From Eledone cirrhosa (taxonomy: Eukaryota): a stretch of DNA of 64,000 nucleotides. Both the position numbers and the translations under genes were made by a program. Shown one piece after another: positions 12,202 through 26,486 of the stretch. The stretch covers positions 82,894,001-82,958,000 of the forward strand of contig OZ024741.1 in the NCBI GenBank assembly GCA_964016885.1. Reading direction: 5' to 3'. Numbering within the stretch: position 1 is the stretch's first letter; the number at the start of each line of letters is the position of its first letter. Below the pieces are notes generated by a model. The model did not search any database. It was not told the origin of the DNA and was given only the letters and a program-made list of their open reading frames with translations.

Positions 12202-14400
12202 ATATTTATTAAAATAACAGATTAAAGTTTAAGCAAAGAATCGCTGCTTTCACACTTAACGGAATCTTCTGAAACTAACAAAGTCAATCTGTAAACGCAG
12301 AAGTGGATATTTCAAAAAACGTTGCAACCAGAGGAAGACAGGAAAACGATACTTTGGTTCGTGGAAACGTTCGCTGGCAAAGAACGGGAAAAAACGAATA
12401 TAATACGTCATTAATAGGAGCGGTGAAAAACAATTACGCGCAAAGACAGAACCACGTTTATGGTATAAAAGAGGTCGTAGACTAATGTTCTCTTAGGTGG
12501 TTCATAGAGACGTTCTCTGGCAATGAACGAAAAAAACGAAGACAATACGTCATATGTGGAACGTGGAGAACAATAGCACGCAAAGACAAAACCACGTAAA
12601 AGGTATAGCAGAAGTCGTAGACTAAATTCTAACTAGGAGACCGAATGAATCTCCGCTACAGAGTTAAGAACAAAGTAAATAAATACAATACAGAAGTAAT
12701 AGAAATAAATAAATACATACACGCAAACAAATATGTACATACACAAGCATACGCATACACTTACCATAGGTATACAAAACCACGCACATATAAATATGTG
12801 TGTGTGTGTATGCGTGTATACAAATAAATAAATAATTATATAAACGTATATAAATAAATAAATACGTATATAACAAGGGCACACACATACCTACATGTAA
12901 AACACGAATGTTCGGAGACGTAAGTCAACCAAAACATGAAGTACACATATACACACACTCTACATACGTACGAACCAGCATACTCACACAGACGCAAAAC
13001 TCACGTATACACAAAGTCAAACCATATGTACCAGAATATATAAAAAAAATACGCCATAACATAAACAATCAAATATACGTACGAGAAGGTATACGTACCT
13101 TCACAAAACATACGGGTAATATATACTTACCTATGCAAATAAGTAATGGTTTAAACATAACTTATACTTAGCTCCCACATCAAGACGTAAACTATCCACG
13201 TATATATCGTACTATCCGTTAGGGTATAACGTGGGGCTGTAATACAGGAAAGTTTTGTGCAATTTATATTTACAAGCCAAAATTGCCTCAGATTTTTTGT
13301 TTAAGATGTGGTCTGTGGCGTAGAGTATTTCCAGGGCCTCAGCGGCGCAGAGGTCACATGGTCTTTTATTTCCGTTATACGATCTAGCCCCAGCTAGGAT
13401 CTCCCAGTGTAACTTATATTGGGTGTGGTTGTCTTTTAGACAACCACGTCATATTCTTTCTTAGAGGGTAACGAAAAGAATGGGTATGCATGTAAAGACG
13501 CTGCTTGAATATATTGGCGGTTAACCCTATGTAGGCCCTACGGGACGTGGGTGTTACAACCTTAAATTTGTAGACAATGTTACTAGAGAGGCATTTCCCG
13601 GATAGTGGGCAATCAACCCGATTCCTACAATTACAGTTAGTACTAACTACAGGGTTGCACGTGTTCCTACGGCTAGGTAGTTTAGCTAAATTTGAAGCTG
13701 TGATGTTATGTGCAAGGTTAGGAGTCGTAGAGTAAGACATTTCAATTGTATTTCTATTAAACATTTTACTATATTTATGTGTAGGGGGAAAATGCTTCGT
13801 AATAAGGGAAAGAAAGATCTTAGCTAATGGTGTGGCCACCTCCATATTATAAGGTGGGTTATACATACAAATGCGACGGGATCTATTTCTTCTAGGTCTA
13901 TTTTCGTATTCTGTATATGCTACTTATCGACAAATCCACTTCGAGCAAGAGCTTCATTGTAATAAGTGGAATGGTCGTAGAAAATACGCTCGTTGGTGGA
14001 AAGAAGGGAAAGCCTCAACGAAACGTTTCTTACCAGGTTGTTGGTTATGCTGGCAGGATGGTTGGAATGCTTACTTATGTAATTAAGCGTATCATTCGGC
14101 TTTCTATACGGGTAATACAACCCATTCAAGAAATTGAGGGTAACGTCGAGGTAATTAACGAACGAGAGATTGGCCTCAACCTGTGTAGAGAGGTTGAAGC
14201 CTTTAAAGAAGGCTGTGAGTTCTTTTCTGAACCTGTCGCAAGCACGAGGTCCGCACTTAGTCATGGTCAAAAGACCATCGTCAGGGTACAAACCACCGCC
14301 CGCATTGGGGAATTGATCCTTGATAGAGAAAATAAGGAAAAGGCCGATAAGATCAGTAACCTCCACAGAATCACTGGCGCCCATACTCACGTCGAATGGG
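12202..14400 (-). mobile_element. 5'-truncated Penelope-like retroelement (RT C-terminus, GIY-YIG, long 3' region)
   Basis: ORF 13920-14390 has MGASDSVEVTDLIGLF..GGLYPDDGL..YLDVTLN..PYRKPN..SNHP. ORF 13414-13866 has CNCRNRVDCPLSGKCL..IVY..YIGLT..FKQR. Second copy at 57100-58952. Confidence 0.9.
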
Positions 14401-14458
14401 GTACTATATATATATATATAAAAGAAGAAATTAAAAGATGGTTAAAGAAGTTCCATAT

Positions 14459-14526
14459 ATTTTATTATGCGCATTTCGAAAACAACATCATCCTGGGACA
14501 AAAATTGTGTTCTCATCAGATAAAAT
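14459..14526 (-). ncRNA. Hammerhead ribozyme in Penelope pLTR
   Basis: Reverse complement: attttat CTGATGA gaacacaat...gttgttttc GAAA tgcgca TA ataaaat. 7-bp stem I, palindromic ATGCGCAT stem III, AUA site. Confidence 0.8.
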
Positions 14527-17187
14527 AAGGTAACATGATATGATGTCTAAAAACACTTGTCAACAAGAAAGTGTTCAGTCTACATATGACAGAAATATAA
14601 GAGTAAGAAAAAGATAGGAAAATAGAAAAAAAGGAAAGAAAAAGGAGTAAAAGGAAAAAGAAATAGAAGAGAGGAAAAAAAGAAAAAAAGAAAGAAGGAA
14701 GAGGGAGAAAGAGAAAGAGAGAGAGAGACGTTTGATCAGGACCGCTTTCAAAATGAAAACAGCTGTAAGTAACGGCTAAAAAGTAAATTTATGAGGTGTA
14801 TGTGCGAGAATTATAGATTGTATTCAAATATTAGAGGTCTAAAATATAGAAACTGGGTATATTATTTTATATTGGGTTTATATACTAAAAATTGGATTAA
14901 GAAGTGTATTAATGTATTAATAAAGTAAAATTAAATTAAATTAAAATAAGTATAAAAAAAGGTTTTTAAAATAAAATAAAATACAATAAAAACATAAAAA
15001 TAAAAATAGTCTATCTATGTCAAAATTAAAAACTTCTGTTAAAAATCTATATATGTGGGGTATACTATTTAATTATTTAATATCAACAAGTAAGTAAAGG
15101 AAATTGCTAGAATGATTTATAAACATAAAAAACATATGGCGTCATAGTTTGTTTACAAAATCTACGATGGTTTGAACGAAAATTTAAGGCTATCTAAAAA
15201 AGTCAAAGTTTTAAAATATGCTGAGAAAACTGAATTAATACATTGTAGAATATAATGAAATATGTGTAAAAAATATATGTGTAAAAAAAAATATATATGT
15301 GTAAAAGAAATTAACCGTTATTCGGGGAATATGTTATAGGACATTAGCTATATACTTTGTGAAAGATTTTGAAGGATTTATGATTACAAAGACCAAATAA
15401 ATCTGTTCTTCTCTTTATTATAGAGTTGAAATTCGAGATAATGGTACATTTTTCAACTAGACATAAATTACAAACATTACATATGGAAGCATTGGAGTAT
15501 GGAGATGCATTGTAGATTTTACGCCAAGAAATTTCGTAATTAATGTGTTTGTCTTTTAATGGCCAAATAAGCTCTGAGAGTGCGGTGATGGTCCTTTTAA
15601 GTGGATATTTAAATGAAGAAGAATGATTATAGAATCTTGTTTTAAAAGAGGTAGATATAGAGCCAATGTAGTTATAGGTATTGGTACTAGTTACCACTTT
15701 ACATTCATATACTAGGTTTTTATCGAGACAGAAATGACTAAGAGGACAATCAGTTCTAATAGGGCAGTTGCATTTACGATTAAGATTATTTACAGTGTTA
15801 CTGGCATGTGGCCCAGGATGAATTATATTAGGAACTGGAGTGGTGGAATTAATTAAGGAGTTGCTAAAGTTTCTAGATTTACATTACTATTTGATGTATT
15901 CCTCAAAGTTACGTTTGACGTCGTATTTATATTTGTGTTATTTTGCCTAGAGTTTACATTGACGTCAGGCCTTATAGTGTTATTGTTATGGCTGTCATTG
16001 TTGGATGCATATGAGTTATTCTTTAATATTTTAAAATTATGTCTTGAGATAATTTTAGAAATGCTGGAAGTAGTGGAATATGAGAATTTAATAGTATGCT
16101 TATTGAATATATTGCTATATATATTAAACTGTTATATGAAACTGTTATAAAAATAATTTAGGGATATTATTAATAACGGAAAGAAAGATGGGAGCGTTGT
16201 ACCAAAGGATATTTTTATATCTAGGTCTACTCCTTCTGTTATTGGTATGATTATTACCAACTACATTACTAGAGTTACTATAGGCTCTGCCAAGATTAGT
16301 TTCCTTAGTATACCTAATTTTGTCTAGATATCCAGCCCTAGATAGCGCCTTATTATAATAATTGCCGTTAGCTTCGAAGATATCTTTGTTAGAGGATACA
16401 TTAGAAATTCTGTTTTCTACACTTCTGACTATAGCAGTTTCAACATTATTATGGTGGTTAGATTTAAAGTTAACGTAATTTAAGTTCTCATTATCCTTAT
16501 GATATGGGCAATAGGCCGGTATCAAGATTAAGGGTTATATCAAGGAAATTTGCTAATTTATCATTATTCTCGAATTCAATTTTTAAGTTAACATGCTTAA
16601 ATAGATCAAGTATATTTTTTTAATAATATTAAAGTTTACTTTGTAACAATTAGATGCAGTAAAAAGTGCATCATCACGATAAATTCCACTGCGAAGTTGA
16701 GGAATTTTCCGATTTAAAGAGTTCAAGATGAACATTCCAACAAAGTCGGTCAGTTGAGCTGAATCCGACGAACCCATGGTGATGTCGAAACTATCCGCTC
16801 TTGTCCAATATTCATTGTTAAATTCCAAGATGGTTTTCCTTGGGGTGAGAATGATGTTAATTTTTTCACTAGTGATGTCCGTGTATTTTAACGCATATGA
16901 GAGCCTTGTTTAGGAGTGAAGGAGAAAGAGAAGAATAATAGTTACCAATGTCTAACTGAATACATTTTAGTTTACTGTTTTTATTAATTAGGCCATTGAA
17001 CCAGTATATTACATCGGATGTAAACAACCATAAATTTAGTTGAGATTTAAACCTAACACCTGGGATAATTCTATCCAAGATAGATTTACTAACAGCCCCT
17101 AGGTCAGATTTAGAAGGGGGAATTAGTCTTACAGGCAAGTCACTTTCGTTTTGACAAGTGTTTTTAGGCCTCATATCATGTTACCTT

Positions 17188-17255
17188 ATTTTATCTGATG
17201 AGAACACAATTTTTGTCCCAGGATGATATTGTTTTCGAAATACGCATAATAAAAT
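17188..17255 (+). ncRNA. Hammerhead ribozyme in inverted Penelope pLTR
   Basis: attttat CTGATGA gaacacaat..attgttttc GAAA tacgca TA ataaaat. Confidence 0.75.
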
Positions 17256-17379
17256 ATATGTAACTTCTTTAACCGTCTTTAAATTTTTTCTTTAATATAT
17301 ACTCCAGTTCTACCAACTATTGAGTGCTACTTATCTGATATATGCATAGTTTTATTGTTCTACAATATTACTCACCTTC

Positions 17380-17435
<56 letters not shown>

Positions 17436-17519
17436 GTGTGTGTGTGTGTATGTGTGGGTGTGGGTGTAATATATATATATATATTAGCTGAAAATGAACA
17501 AATAAAAAACCTGTACATG

Positions 17520-17720
17520 AGAAGACAATGGCATCTCTACTTCGTCAGACAGCGTGCAGCTGTACGCATTAACCTGGTATTGCACTTGTAATGCCAGTTT
17601 GCCCAACAGTTTGAAGACTGCTATAGTTAGTGTTCATGATTATTCAATCAGAATGTCCAACTAGCTATCCACAAAACATATGCCTCCCCTCAAGTTTGTG
17701 GGAGATGGAAAGTTGTATCG
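17520..17720 (+). pseudogene. Possible decayed hAT (Buster/Charlie-like) transposase fragment
   Basis: Broken frames give C-x-H...ALV..SLPNSLKTAIVSV, similar to the CxxH-following helix of these transposases. Confidence 0.25.
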
Positions 17721-18280
17721 CTACAAACTTGTACTTCAAATCTTTAATATTTGTATCATTTTACAAGGGGAATTATCTATGTCATTTTGCACTTTATTGA
17801 TGCTTTCGTTTCAAACACGACCAAATATGACATTTTATTATTTAAATAACATTAAGAGTAGAGGATTACCATAATCGTTTCAGCATCCTTGTTTTGTGTT
17901 CAAATTTGAAATAACTTGGAGCATTTTCCGTCCGGGATCAATAAATTATTACTAGGAATATTAGCTAATTTATCACTTTTCCTTTCATATAGAGATGATC
18001 GTCTTATGACAAAATAAGTAAACATCAGTCATGGAACATAGATAAACGAGTTTTGCTTAGATTTTAACAATCTATTTCACAAAAGAGTTACAATACACAC
18101 CTTCAAGTATTTTGATGATATTTACTAAATTTCCAAAGAATCCAGCCAATTTCTTTTTTAAATTTATATATTCATTTATTTTTTATTGGAGTCTGAAAAG
18201 TATCTGTAACAAATTTATCGCTGTAACTTCAGAAAAACATGGAATTCCTTAACAAACAAAACTTGTCGCATACGTTGTAC

Positions 18281-18345
<65 letters not shown>

Positions 18346-19630
18346 GCTCTCTCTATCACACTCTCTCTCTCTTTATCTCACTTTTGTATCTGTCTTTCCC
18401 AAACTTTCTTGTCGGCTCTTTCTCGATCTCTCTCCATACATCACACAGTATTTCTATCTCTTCTTTAAATTGGGTCAGATGATTCACGTTTCTTATTACG
18501 TTTTTTGCTGTTTCAGATATGTTTTGTTTCAGATTTATTTACAATTCTTGAACTAATTAAAGAAATTAGATTCTGATAAATTGGCAGAACTCTTCTCTAT
18601 AGTAAAAAAGTAATATTTTCCTTCAGAATTTCAAACTTTCGCTTATTTAATTATTCTTATGCTCTGAGGAAAATAGCTTCCAAGGAACTATTTCCCTTCT
18701 GATTTTTCATTCAAGAAAATTATGTCCCCGAAGAATTTGGAATTTTTTCTATTTAGAGTTTTAATTAGCAACTCCTTTAAAATGAACATCTGCTTTTTAT
18801 TCTCTTTTAAATTTGCTCTGTATTTCATCGTGCTTCATTCGTTTTGTTTGTTTGTTCATTTTCTTTCTTAGTTTTAACTTCTAAAATGAATATATATATT
18901 TTTTTTACTAATCACTTTTGTTAAAATCTCTTCACAAGTAACAGGCGCTACATTTATTCTGAGTTTAATGTATTTTATTATTATTAAAAAAGTATTTTGG
19001 AAACTCAAATTCCTTCTGGACTTCACAAAGAATAAAAATATGCATTTAGAAACAGAATACTAATTGTGTTTTAAAATCTATAGAATTCCTGACGGTAGCT
19101 GTTTTGAACATATTGGATAGAGATTTAAATGTACGGGTGAATTTGCAAAATAAGTTAAAATGTTCATCCATACAGAAGCAATACCAATGTTTCGAATCCA
19201 AGTTATAAATATTTGACATTAGTGTCGCACTATTTATAAGTATCTTTAGATATTGTTGCTGAGTTAATCATGACAGAGAGGATCAAGATAATTCTAGACA
19301 AGATCACATTTATTTTTACCTCTATATCTGGATTCTAATCGGTTCAAGATGATAAGATGTGTATTTGATATATATATATATATATATATATATATTCTCC
19401 AGTAGGTATTATGTACGAAAGGGTATATAAGTTATAGCTCATTTTAATCATAGTACCAGATTTAGTAAATGTTACGATGATGTATTAAAAACACCTGCAT
19501 TCCCAATGCCTCGCGTTCCAGCACAGTTACTGGAAATAGCTCAAATGATCATGGCTTAATTACTTCAACATTAAAACTCTATGTTCATTAGATATGGTAT
19601 ATGACTTCATATACACACACTTTATTCATA

Positions 19631-19631
<1 letters not shown>

Positions 19632-19661
<30 letters not shown>

Positions 19662-21800
19662 CTTCTTCTTCTTCTTCTTCTTCTTCTTCTTCTTCTTCTT
19701 GGGAGAGTCCTCAAACAAACTTTCCAGGGCACACCTTTCAGAAGCAACCGTTTCGTGTTGATCCGCCTGGATCCCCAAACGAGATCAACCGAGCTCAAAG
19801 GTGGTATTCAACCATCTTGCACGGATCCACCGCTGGGTCTCCTGCCAGCTAGTTTTGAACGTAAAACCTGTACAGTGATTCTTCCTGAGACCTTCTAACC
19901 AGATGCCCGTAGTATCGGAGCTGTCATCTCTCACGTGGAGAAGTAGCGAAACATGCTGGAGTGATGCACTGATCTCCGAGCCACGCCATCTAGCGTGTAA
20001 TGTTACTTCAAAACCCTTCGGAGAAACCTTAATCCGGCCGGTTGTAATTGCGATCTTATTCTTTCCGCCATTACCCAAAGTCTGAGAGTCATAGGTAAAG
20101 GTCGGCACGAAAACTGAATTCACGATAGGGATTTAGGTTTTTTACACCGAATTCCATTCTGCTAATTGCCATATTCTGAAGCTGGCGAATTATTGCACGA
20201 GCTCCTGCAATCCTTGCACTTGTTCCAGCCTTGGACATTTTATCACTCGTGAACACGTCCCCAAGATACTTGAACTTCTCTCCCTGCTTCAGTCGATCTC
20301 CACGGCCTAGCCTGAGAGGACAACATTCTCAATTTCCGCAGCACTGGCCTTTCTTTCTGCCGTGCACCACTCGGCATCAAACTTATATATTGCATGTCGG
20401 AAATCACTTTTGATTTTACACCCGCTAGTCGTGATACAACTTTCAGACAGTCTGCACGTATCGATCATGTTCATGAAGATTATGGATAGGAGAGGTGACA
20501 GTAAACCCCATTGGGGAATCCGACTCCCAGATTGAATGGCTTCAATTAAGAATCATTTACCCTGTTGTAAATAGTAGGGCATTCGTATAGAGACATCAGG
20601 GCAAGAAGAAGTTGTCCTCAAATCCCCCACTCCTGCAGAACCTTCCACAGAAGTTCTCTTGAAATGTAGTGGTATGCATTTCCAAGGATTACATAGCAAA
20701 TATACACATCTTGGTAGTATTCCTACGATTTGTCAATGACCTGCCGCAGTGTGAATATTTGGTCGGTTGTGCTGCATTCGGCGCGAAAACTACACTGTTC
20801 ATCAGCTAGATTAGACTCGACAATCCCCTCACACCTTTTTACCAAACACTTAATATAGACTCTAACATGGAGAATTAATGAAGAGATCCCTCTCTAAACG
20901 GAGCAATTTCTCTTGTCTCCATTTTTGATAATCGGAATTATCTCCTCTTATTACCATTACTTAGTTATTTTTCCAGAGATCTCGTTCATACATTATTCAG
21001 CCAAATAACAACTTCTCTATTTAAAGCTTACAACATCTCGTGACTAATTTCATATCTCACCGGTTGCCTTGTCATATCTGAGCGCAGAAATACTTTGTGA
21101 TCTGAGTTGCCAATAAATGTGGAGGATGACTTCCTATTACGAATTCAGCGTATGGTATACCAGAACACTTTATCTGCTGATCTGAAGACGGATTACAGCT
21201 TAATTTGCATTCCTCTCATGTCTTAAATGTGGACGTCTCTACTTTCTCTGCTGTGACATTTCACAGATAGTGATCTGTTGACAATTCAGCCGCTTAACAC
21301 GTGTATCCACCACAGAGTCGAAAAGAACAAATTCAATTATTGGTCTCTGTCCCTGATTCCACTTATACCAAGTATATCTATGGATATCTCCTGCAGGAAG
21401 AAAGTGTTCATAATACAGAGCCCATTACTAGAATAAACGTCTAATAAAGCCTCTCCATTCGTATTTATATCGCGACCGTTTTTCTTTCCATGTTAGTTGG
21501 TCAATTCCAACATGTGCAATGAAGTCTCCTATTAGAATAGATGACTCATTTATAACTACATCTAATGCTCTAGTGACTTCATCAAGGAAGGTTATGTATT
21601 GAGGCTCTTGTTTAGTGCATGAACTTGTACCACCCAGCCACAAATGATTCCTCCTTCTTGGGATCAGTATATATGACACTTTTACAACCAGGAGCCTGTC
21701 ACATCCTCACTTCCACCGGTGCACTCATTTCTCGTACCACACTTGGATAGTGGAGTTTCCACCCTCCAAATGTACAGTGCCAGAACCATGGAACTAAATC
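19632..21800 (-). mobile_element. Decayed, internally deleted RTE-clade LINE with (GAA)n tail
   Basis: APE-like FLDEVTRAL..ILIGDFIAHVG (21428-21679), FKYLG.VFTSD (~20245-20280), SVFVPTFTYDSQT (20080-20120). (TTC)n at 19632-19700 is the 3' tail. Confidence 0.8.
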
Positions 21801-22146
21801 TAGCCGCTATATGTATATACATTTATACTCAATATGACAAAAGACCAATGTTAACAACTTAAATTCATTCATTAATTACTACGTCCATTTCAATGCGGTA
21901 TATGCATATGTAAACCTCTGAAAATAATTAATTATCGATTATTAACACCATACATATTTCCTATAGCTGCATATAATAGGAAAAGGAGAAAGTAGGTTTA
22001 GGTAAAAAAAAAGATTACTTATCTATTATTAACAATGGTATTCATTTTCATTACGTAGATAAAATTTGTTGTTAGATGTGCTGGAGTGAAGGATAATTAA
22101 CAAGCAATATCAAGCAATCAGCATAAACTATGATTATATATATATA

Positions 22147-25100
22147 TAAAAACAAATAACGAAACGAAATTAAATTTCGTTTCGTTTGTAACTCACTTTT
22201 GTATGACTGACGCTTAAACAATTAAGTTAAAAATGTACATCCACATATGTATACTGAAATACTAGTATGCATATGAATACACACACGTATACATATGTAG
22301 ATGTACCGAGTTTTTCACTGGTCACTTTACTGTGAGTGTCCAGCTATTCTGTATGTAAACACACAGACAAACCGGTTTTTAGAGTCATACTGGTTTTTGA
22401 GGAAACACCTTTCCTATATTCTCCTGAAAGCCAGGCAAGGAATATTGAACTAGTTTCGATGTTGTTACATCTCATCAGCAATATTTACCTATCTTCCGGC
22501 CTCTCTAGAGAATCGTAAAAGCACATATCGTTATATGCTTTTTCTATGAAAATAAGTAGTGGGCAGACTAATTTGCATAGAGCGTGAGTACGTACCGGTT
22601 CAACGGAGACGATAAAAACAAATAACGAAACGAAATTAAATTTCGTTTCGTTTGTAACTCACTTTTGTATGACTGACGCTTAAACAATTAAGTTAAAAAT
22701 GTACATCCACATATGTATACTGAAATACTAGTATGCATATGAATACACACACGTATACATATGTAGATGTACCGAGTTTTTCACTGGTCACTTTACTGTG
22801 AGTGTCCAGCTATTCTGTATGTAAACACACAGACAAACCGGTTTTTAGAATCATACTGGTTTTTGAGGAAACACCTTTCCTATATTCTCCTGAAAGCCAG
22901 GCAAGGAATATTGAACTAGTTTCGATGTTGTTACATCTCATCAGCAATATTTACCTATCTTCCGGCCTCTCTAGAGAATCGTAAAAGCACATATCGTTAT
23001 ATGCTTTTTCTATGAAAATAAGTAGTGGGCAGACTAATTTGCATAGAGCGTGAGTACGTACCGGTTCAACGGAGACGATAAAAACAAATAACGAAACGAA
23101 ATTAAATTTCGTTTCGTTTGTAACTCACTTTTGTATGACTGACGCTTAAACAATTAAGTTAAAAATGTACATCCACATATGTATACTGAAATACTAGTAT
23201 GCATATGAATACACACACGTATACATATGTAGATGTACCGAGTTTTTCACTGGTCACTTTACTGTGAGTGTCCAGCTATTCTGTATGTAAACACACAGAC
23301 AAACCGGTTTTTAGAGTCATACTGGTTTTTGAGGAAACACCTTTCCTATATTCTCCTGAAAGCCAGGCAAGGAATATTGAACTAGTTTCGATGTTGTTAC
23401 ATCTCATCAGCAATATTTACCTATCTTCCGGCCTCTCTAGAGAATCGTAAAAGCACATATCGTTATATGCTTTTTCTATGAAAATAAGTAGTGGGCAGAC
23501 TAATTTGCATAGAGCGTGAGTACGTACCGGTTCAACGGAGACGATAAAAACAAATAACGAAACGAAATTAAATTTCGTTTCGTTTGTAACTCACTTTTGT
23601 ATGACTGACGCTTAAACAATTAAGTTAAAAATGTACATCCACATATGTATACTGAAATACTAGTATGCATATGAATACACACACGTATACATATGTAGAT
23701 GTACCGAGTTTTTCACTGGTCACTTTACTGTGAGTGTCCAGCTATTCTGTATGTAAACACACAGACAAACCGGTTTTTAGAGTCATACTGGTTTTTGAGG
23801 AAACACCTTTCCTATATTCTCCTGAAAGCCAGGCAAGGAATATTGAACTAGTTTCGATGTTGTTACATCTCATCAGCAATATTTACCTATCTTCCGGCCT
23901 CTCTAGAGAATCGTAAAAGCACATATCGTTATATGCTTTTTCTATGAAAATAAGTAGTGGGCAGACTAATTTGCATAGAGCGTGAGTACGTACCGGTTCA
24001 ACGGAGACGATAAAAACAAATAACGAAACGAAATTAAATTTCGTTTCGTTTGTAACTCACTTTTGTATGACTGACGCTTAAACAATTAAGTTAAAAATGT
24101 ACATCCACATATGTATACTGAAATACTAGTATGCATATGAATACACACACGTATACATATGTAGATGTACCGAGTTTTTCACTGGTCACTTTACTGTGAG
24201 TGTCCAGCTATTCTGTATGTAAACACACAGACAAACCGGTTTTTAGAGTCATACTGGTTTTTGAGGAAACACCTTTCCTATATTCTCCTGAAAGCCAGGC
24301 AAGGAATATTGAACTAGTTTCGATGTTGTTACATCTCATCAGCAATATTTACCTATCTTCCGGCCTCTCTAGAGAATCGTAAAAGCACATATCGTTATAT
24401 GCTTTTTCTATGAAAATAAGTAGTGCGCAGACTAATTTGCATAGAGCGTGAGTACGTACCGGTTCAACGGAGACGATAAAAACAAATAACGAAACGAAAT
24501 TAAATTTCGTTTCGTTTGTAACTCACTTTTGTATGACTGACGCTTAAACAATTAAGTTAAAAATGTACATCCACATATGTATACTGAAATACTAGTATGC
24601 ATATGAATACACACACGTATACATATGTAGATGTACCGAGTTTTTCACTGGTCACTTTACTGTGAGTGTCCAGCTATTCTGTATGTAAACACACAGACAA
24701 ACCGGTTTTTAGAGTCATACTGGTTTTTGAGGAAACACCTTTCCTATATTCTCCTGAAAGCCAGGCAAGGAATATTGAACTAGTTTCGATGTTGTTACAT
24801 CTCATCAGCAATATTTACCTATCTTCCGGCCTCTCTAGAGAATCGTAAAAGCACATATCGTTATATGCTTTTTCTATGAAAATAAGTAGTGGGCAGACTA
24901 ATTTGCATAGAGCGTGAGTACGTACCGGTTCAACGGAGACGATAAAAACAAATAACGAAACGAAATTAAATTTCGTTTCGTTTGTAACTCACTTTTGTAT
25001 GACTGACGCTTAAACAATTAAGTTAAAAATGTACATCCACATATGTATACTGAAATACTAGTATGCATATGAATACACACACGTATACATATGTAGATGT

Positions 25101-26411
25101 ACCGAGTTTTTCACTGGTCACTTTACTGTGAGTGTCCAGCTATTCTGTATGTAAACACACAGACAAACCGGTTTTTAGAGTCATACTGGTTTTTGAGGAA
25201 ACACCTTTCCTATATTCTCCTGAAAGCCAGGCAAGGAATATTGAACTAGTTTCGATGTTGTTACATCTCATCAGCAATATTTACCTATCTTCCGGCCTCT
25301 CTAGAGAATCGTAAAAGCACATATCGTTATATGCTTTTTCTATGAAAATAAGTAGTGGGCAGACTAATTTGCATAGAGCGTGAGTACGTACCGGTTCAAC
25401 GGAGACGATAAAAACAAATAACGAAACGAAATTAAATTTCGTTTCGTTTGTAACTCACTTTTGTATGACTGACGCTTATACAATTAAGTTAAAAATGTAC
25501 ATCCACATATGTATACTGAAATACTAGTATGCATATGAATACACACACGTATACATATGTAGATGTACCGAGTTTTTCACTGGTCACTTTACTGTGAGTG
25601 TCCAGCTATTCTGTATGTAAACACACAGACAAACCGGTTTTTAGAGTCATACTGGTTTTTGAGGAAACACCTTTCCTATATTCTCCTGAAAGCCAGGCAA
25701 GGAATATTGAACTAGTTTCGATGTTGTTACATCTCATCAGCAATATTTACCTATCTTCCGGCCTCTCTAGAGAATCGTAAAAGCACATATCGTTATATGC
25801 TTTTTCTATGAAAATAAGTAGTGGGCAGACTAATTTGCATAGAGCGTGAGTACGTACCGGTTCAACGGAGACGATAAAAACAAATAACGAAAGGAAATTA
25901 AATTTCGTTTCGTTTGTAACTCACTTTTGTATGACTGACGCTTAAACAATTAAGTTAAAAATGTACATCCACATATGTATACTGAAATACTAGTATGCAT
26001 ATGAATACACACACGTATACATATGTAGATGTACCGAGTTTTTCACTGGTCACTTTACTGTGAGTGTCCAGCTATTCTGTATGTAAACACACAGACAAAC
26101 CGGTTTTTAGAGTCATACTGGTTTTTGAGGAAACACCTTTCCTATATTCTCCTGAAAGCCAGGCAAGGAATATTGAACTAGTTTCGATGTTGTTACATCT
26201 CATCAGCAATATTTACCTATCTTCCGGCCTCTCTAGAGAATCGTAAAAGCACATATCGTTATATGCTTTTTCTATGAAAATAAGTAGTGGGCAGACTAAT
26301 TTGCATAGAGCGTGAGTACGTACCGGTTCAACGGAGACGATAAAAACAAATAACGAAACGAAATTAAATTTCGTTTCGTTTGTAACTCACTTTTGTATGA
26401 CTGACGCTTAA
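22147..26411 (-). repeat. Left arm of 466-bp tandem array: 9.15 units, 9 hammerheads on the minus strand
   Basis: Exact 466-bp period (ORF track 22336, 22802 ... 26064). First HHR at 22441-22485. Starts in (TA)n. Confidence 0.97.
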
Positions 26412-26441
26412 CGATTCTCTAGAGAGGCCGGAAGATAGGTA

Positions 26442-26486
26442 AATATTGCTGATGAGATGTAACAACATCGAAACTAGTTCAATATT
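26442..26486 (+). ncRNA. Minimal type I hammerhead ribozyme (representative of the 26 array copies)
   Basis: aatattg CTGATGA gatgt-aaca-acatc GAAA c-ta-g TT caatatt. All core nucleotides are canonical, stem III is palindromic, and stem I extends via gccgg/ctggc and ttctc/gagaa. Confidence 0.88.

Larger units (their letters stand above)
14421..17295 (-). mobile_element. 5'-truncated Penelope-like retroelement with 3' pLTR and an inverted pLTR at the truncated end
   Basis: Fragments PVRLI.PSKSDLG..QLDIGNYYSSL, FDITMGSSD..GIYRDD, YNYIGS..FKTRFYNH..CNLCLVEK. 14421-14543 is the reverse complement of 17171-17295; both carry an HHR and end in TA-rich sequence. Confidence 0.9.

Noticed and set aside
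12240-12280. HHR in the pLTR of the 12202/57100 Penelope family (cagaaga..gaaa on the minus strand)
   Set aside because: The core reads CAGAAGA in both copies, and stems I and III could not be closed.
13871-14528. Plus-strand ORFs of 71 and 203 aa (likewise 53803-54435 minus and 46811-47251 plus)
   Set aside because: Antisense shadows of retroelement ORFs.
26395-26430. Inversion as a long-read foldback artefact
   Set aside because: The junction is asymmetric (arms break at different unit positions), arm variants are not mirror images, and the same architecture and termini recur at 9860-10984. It is not fully excluded without reads.
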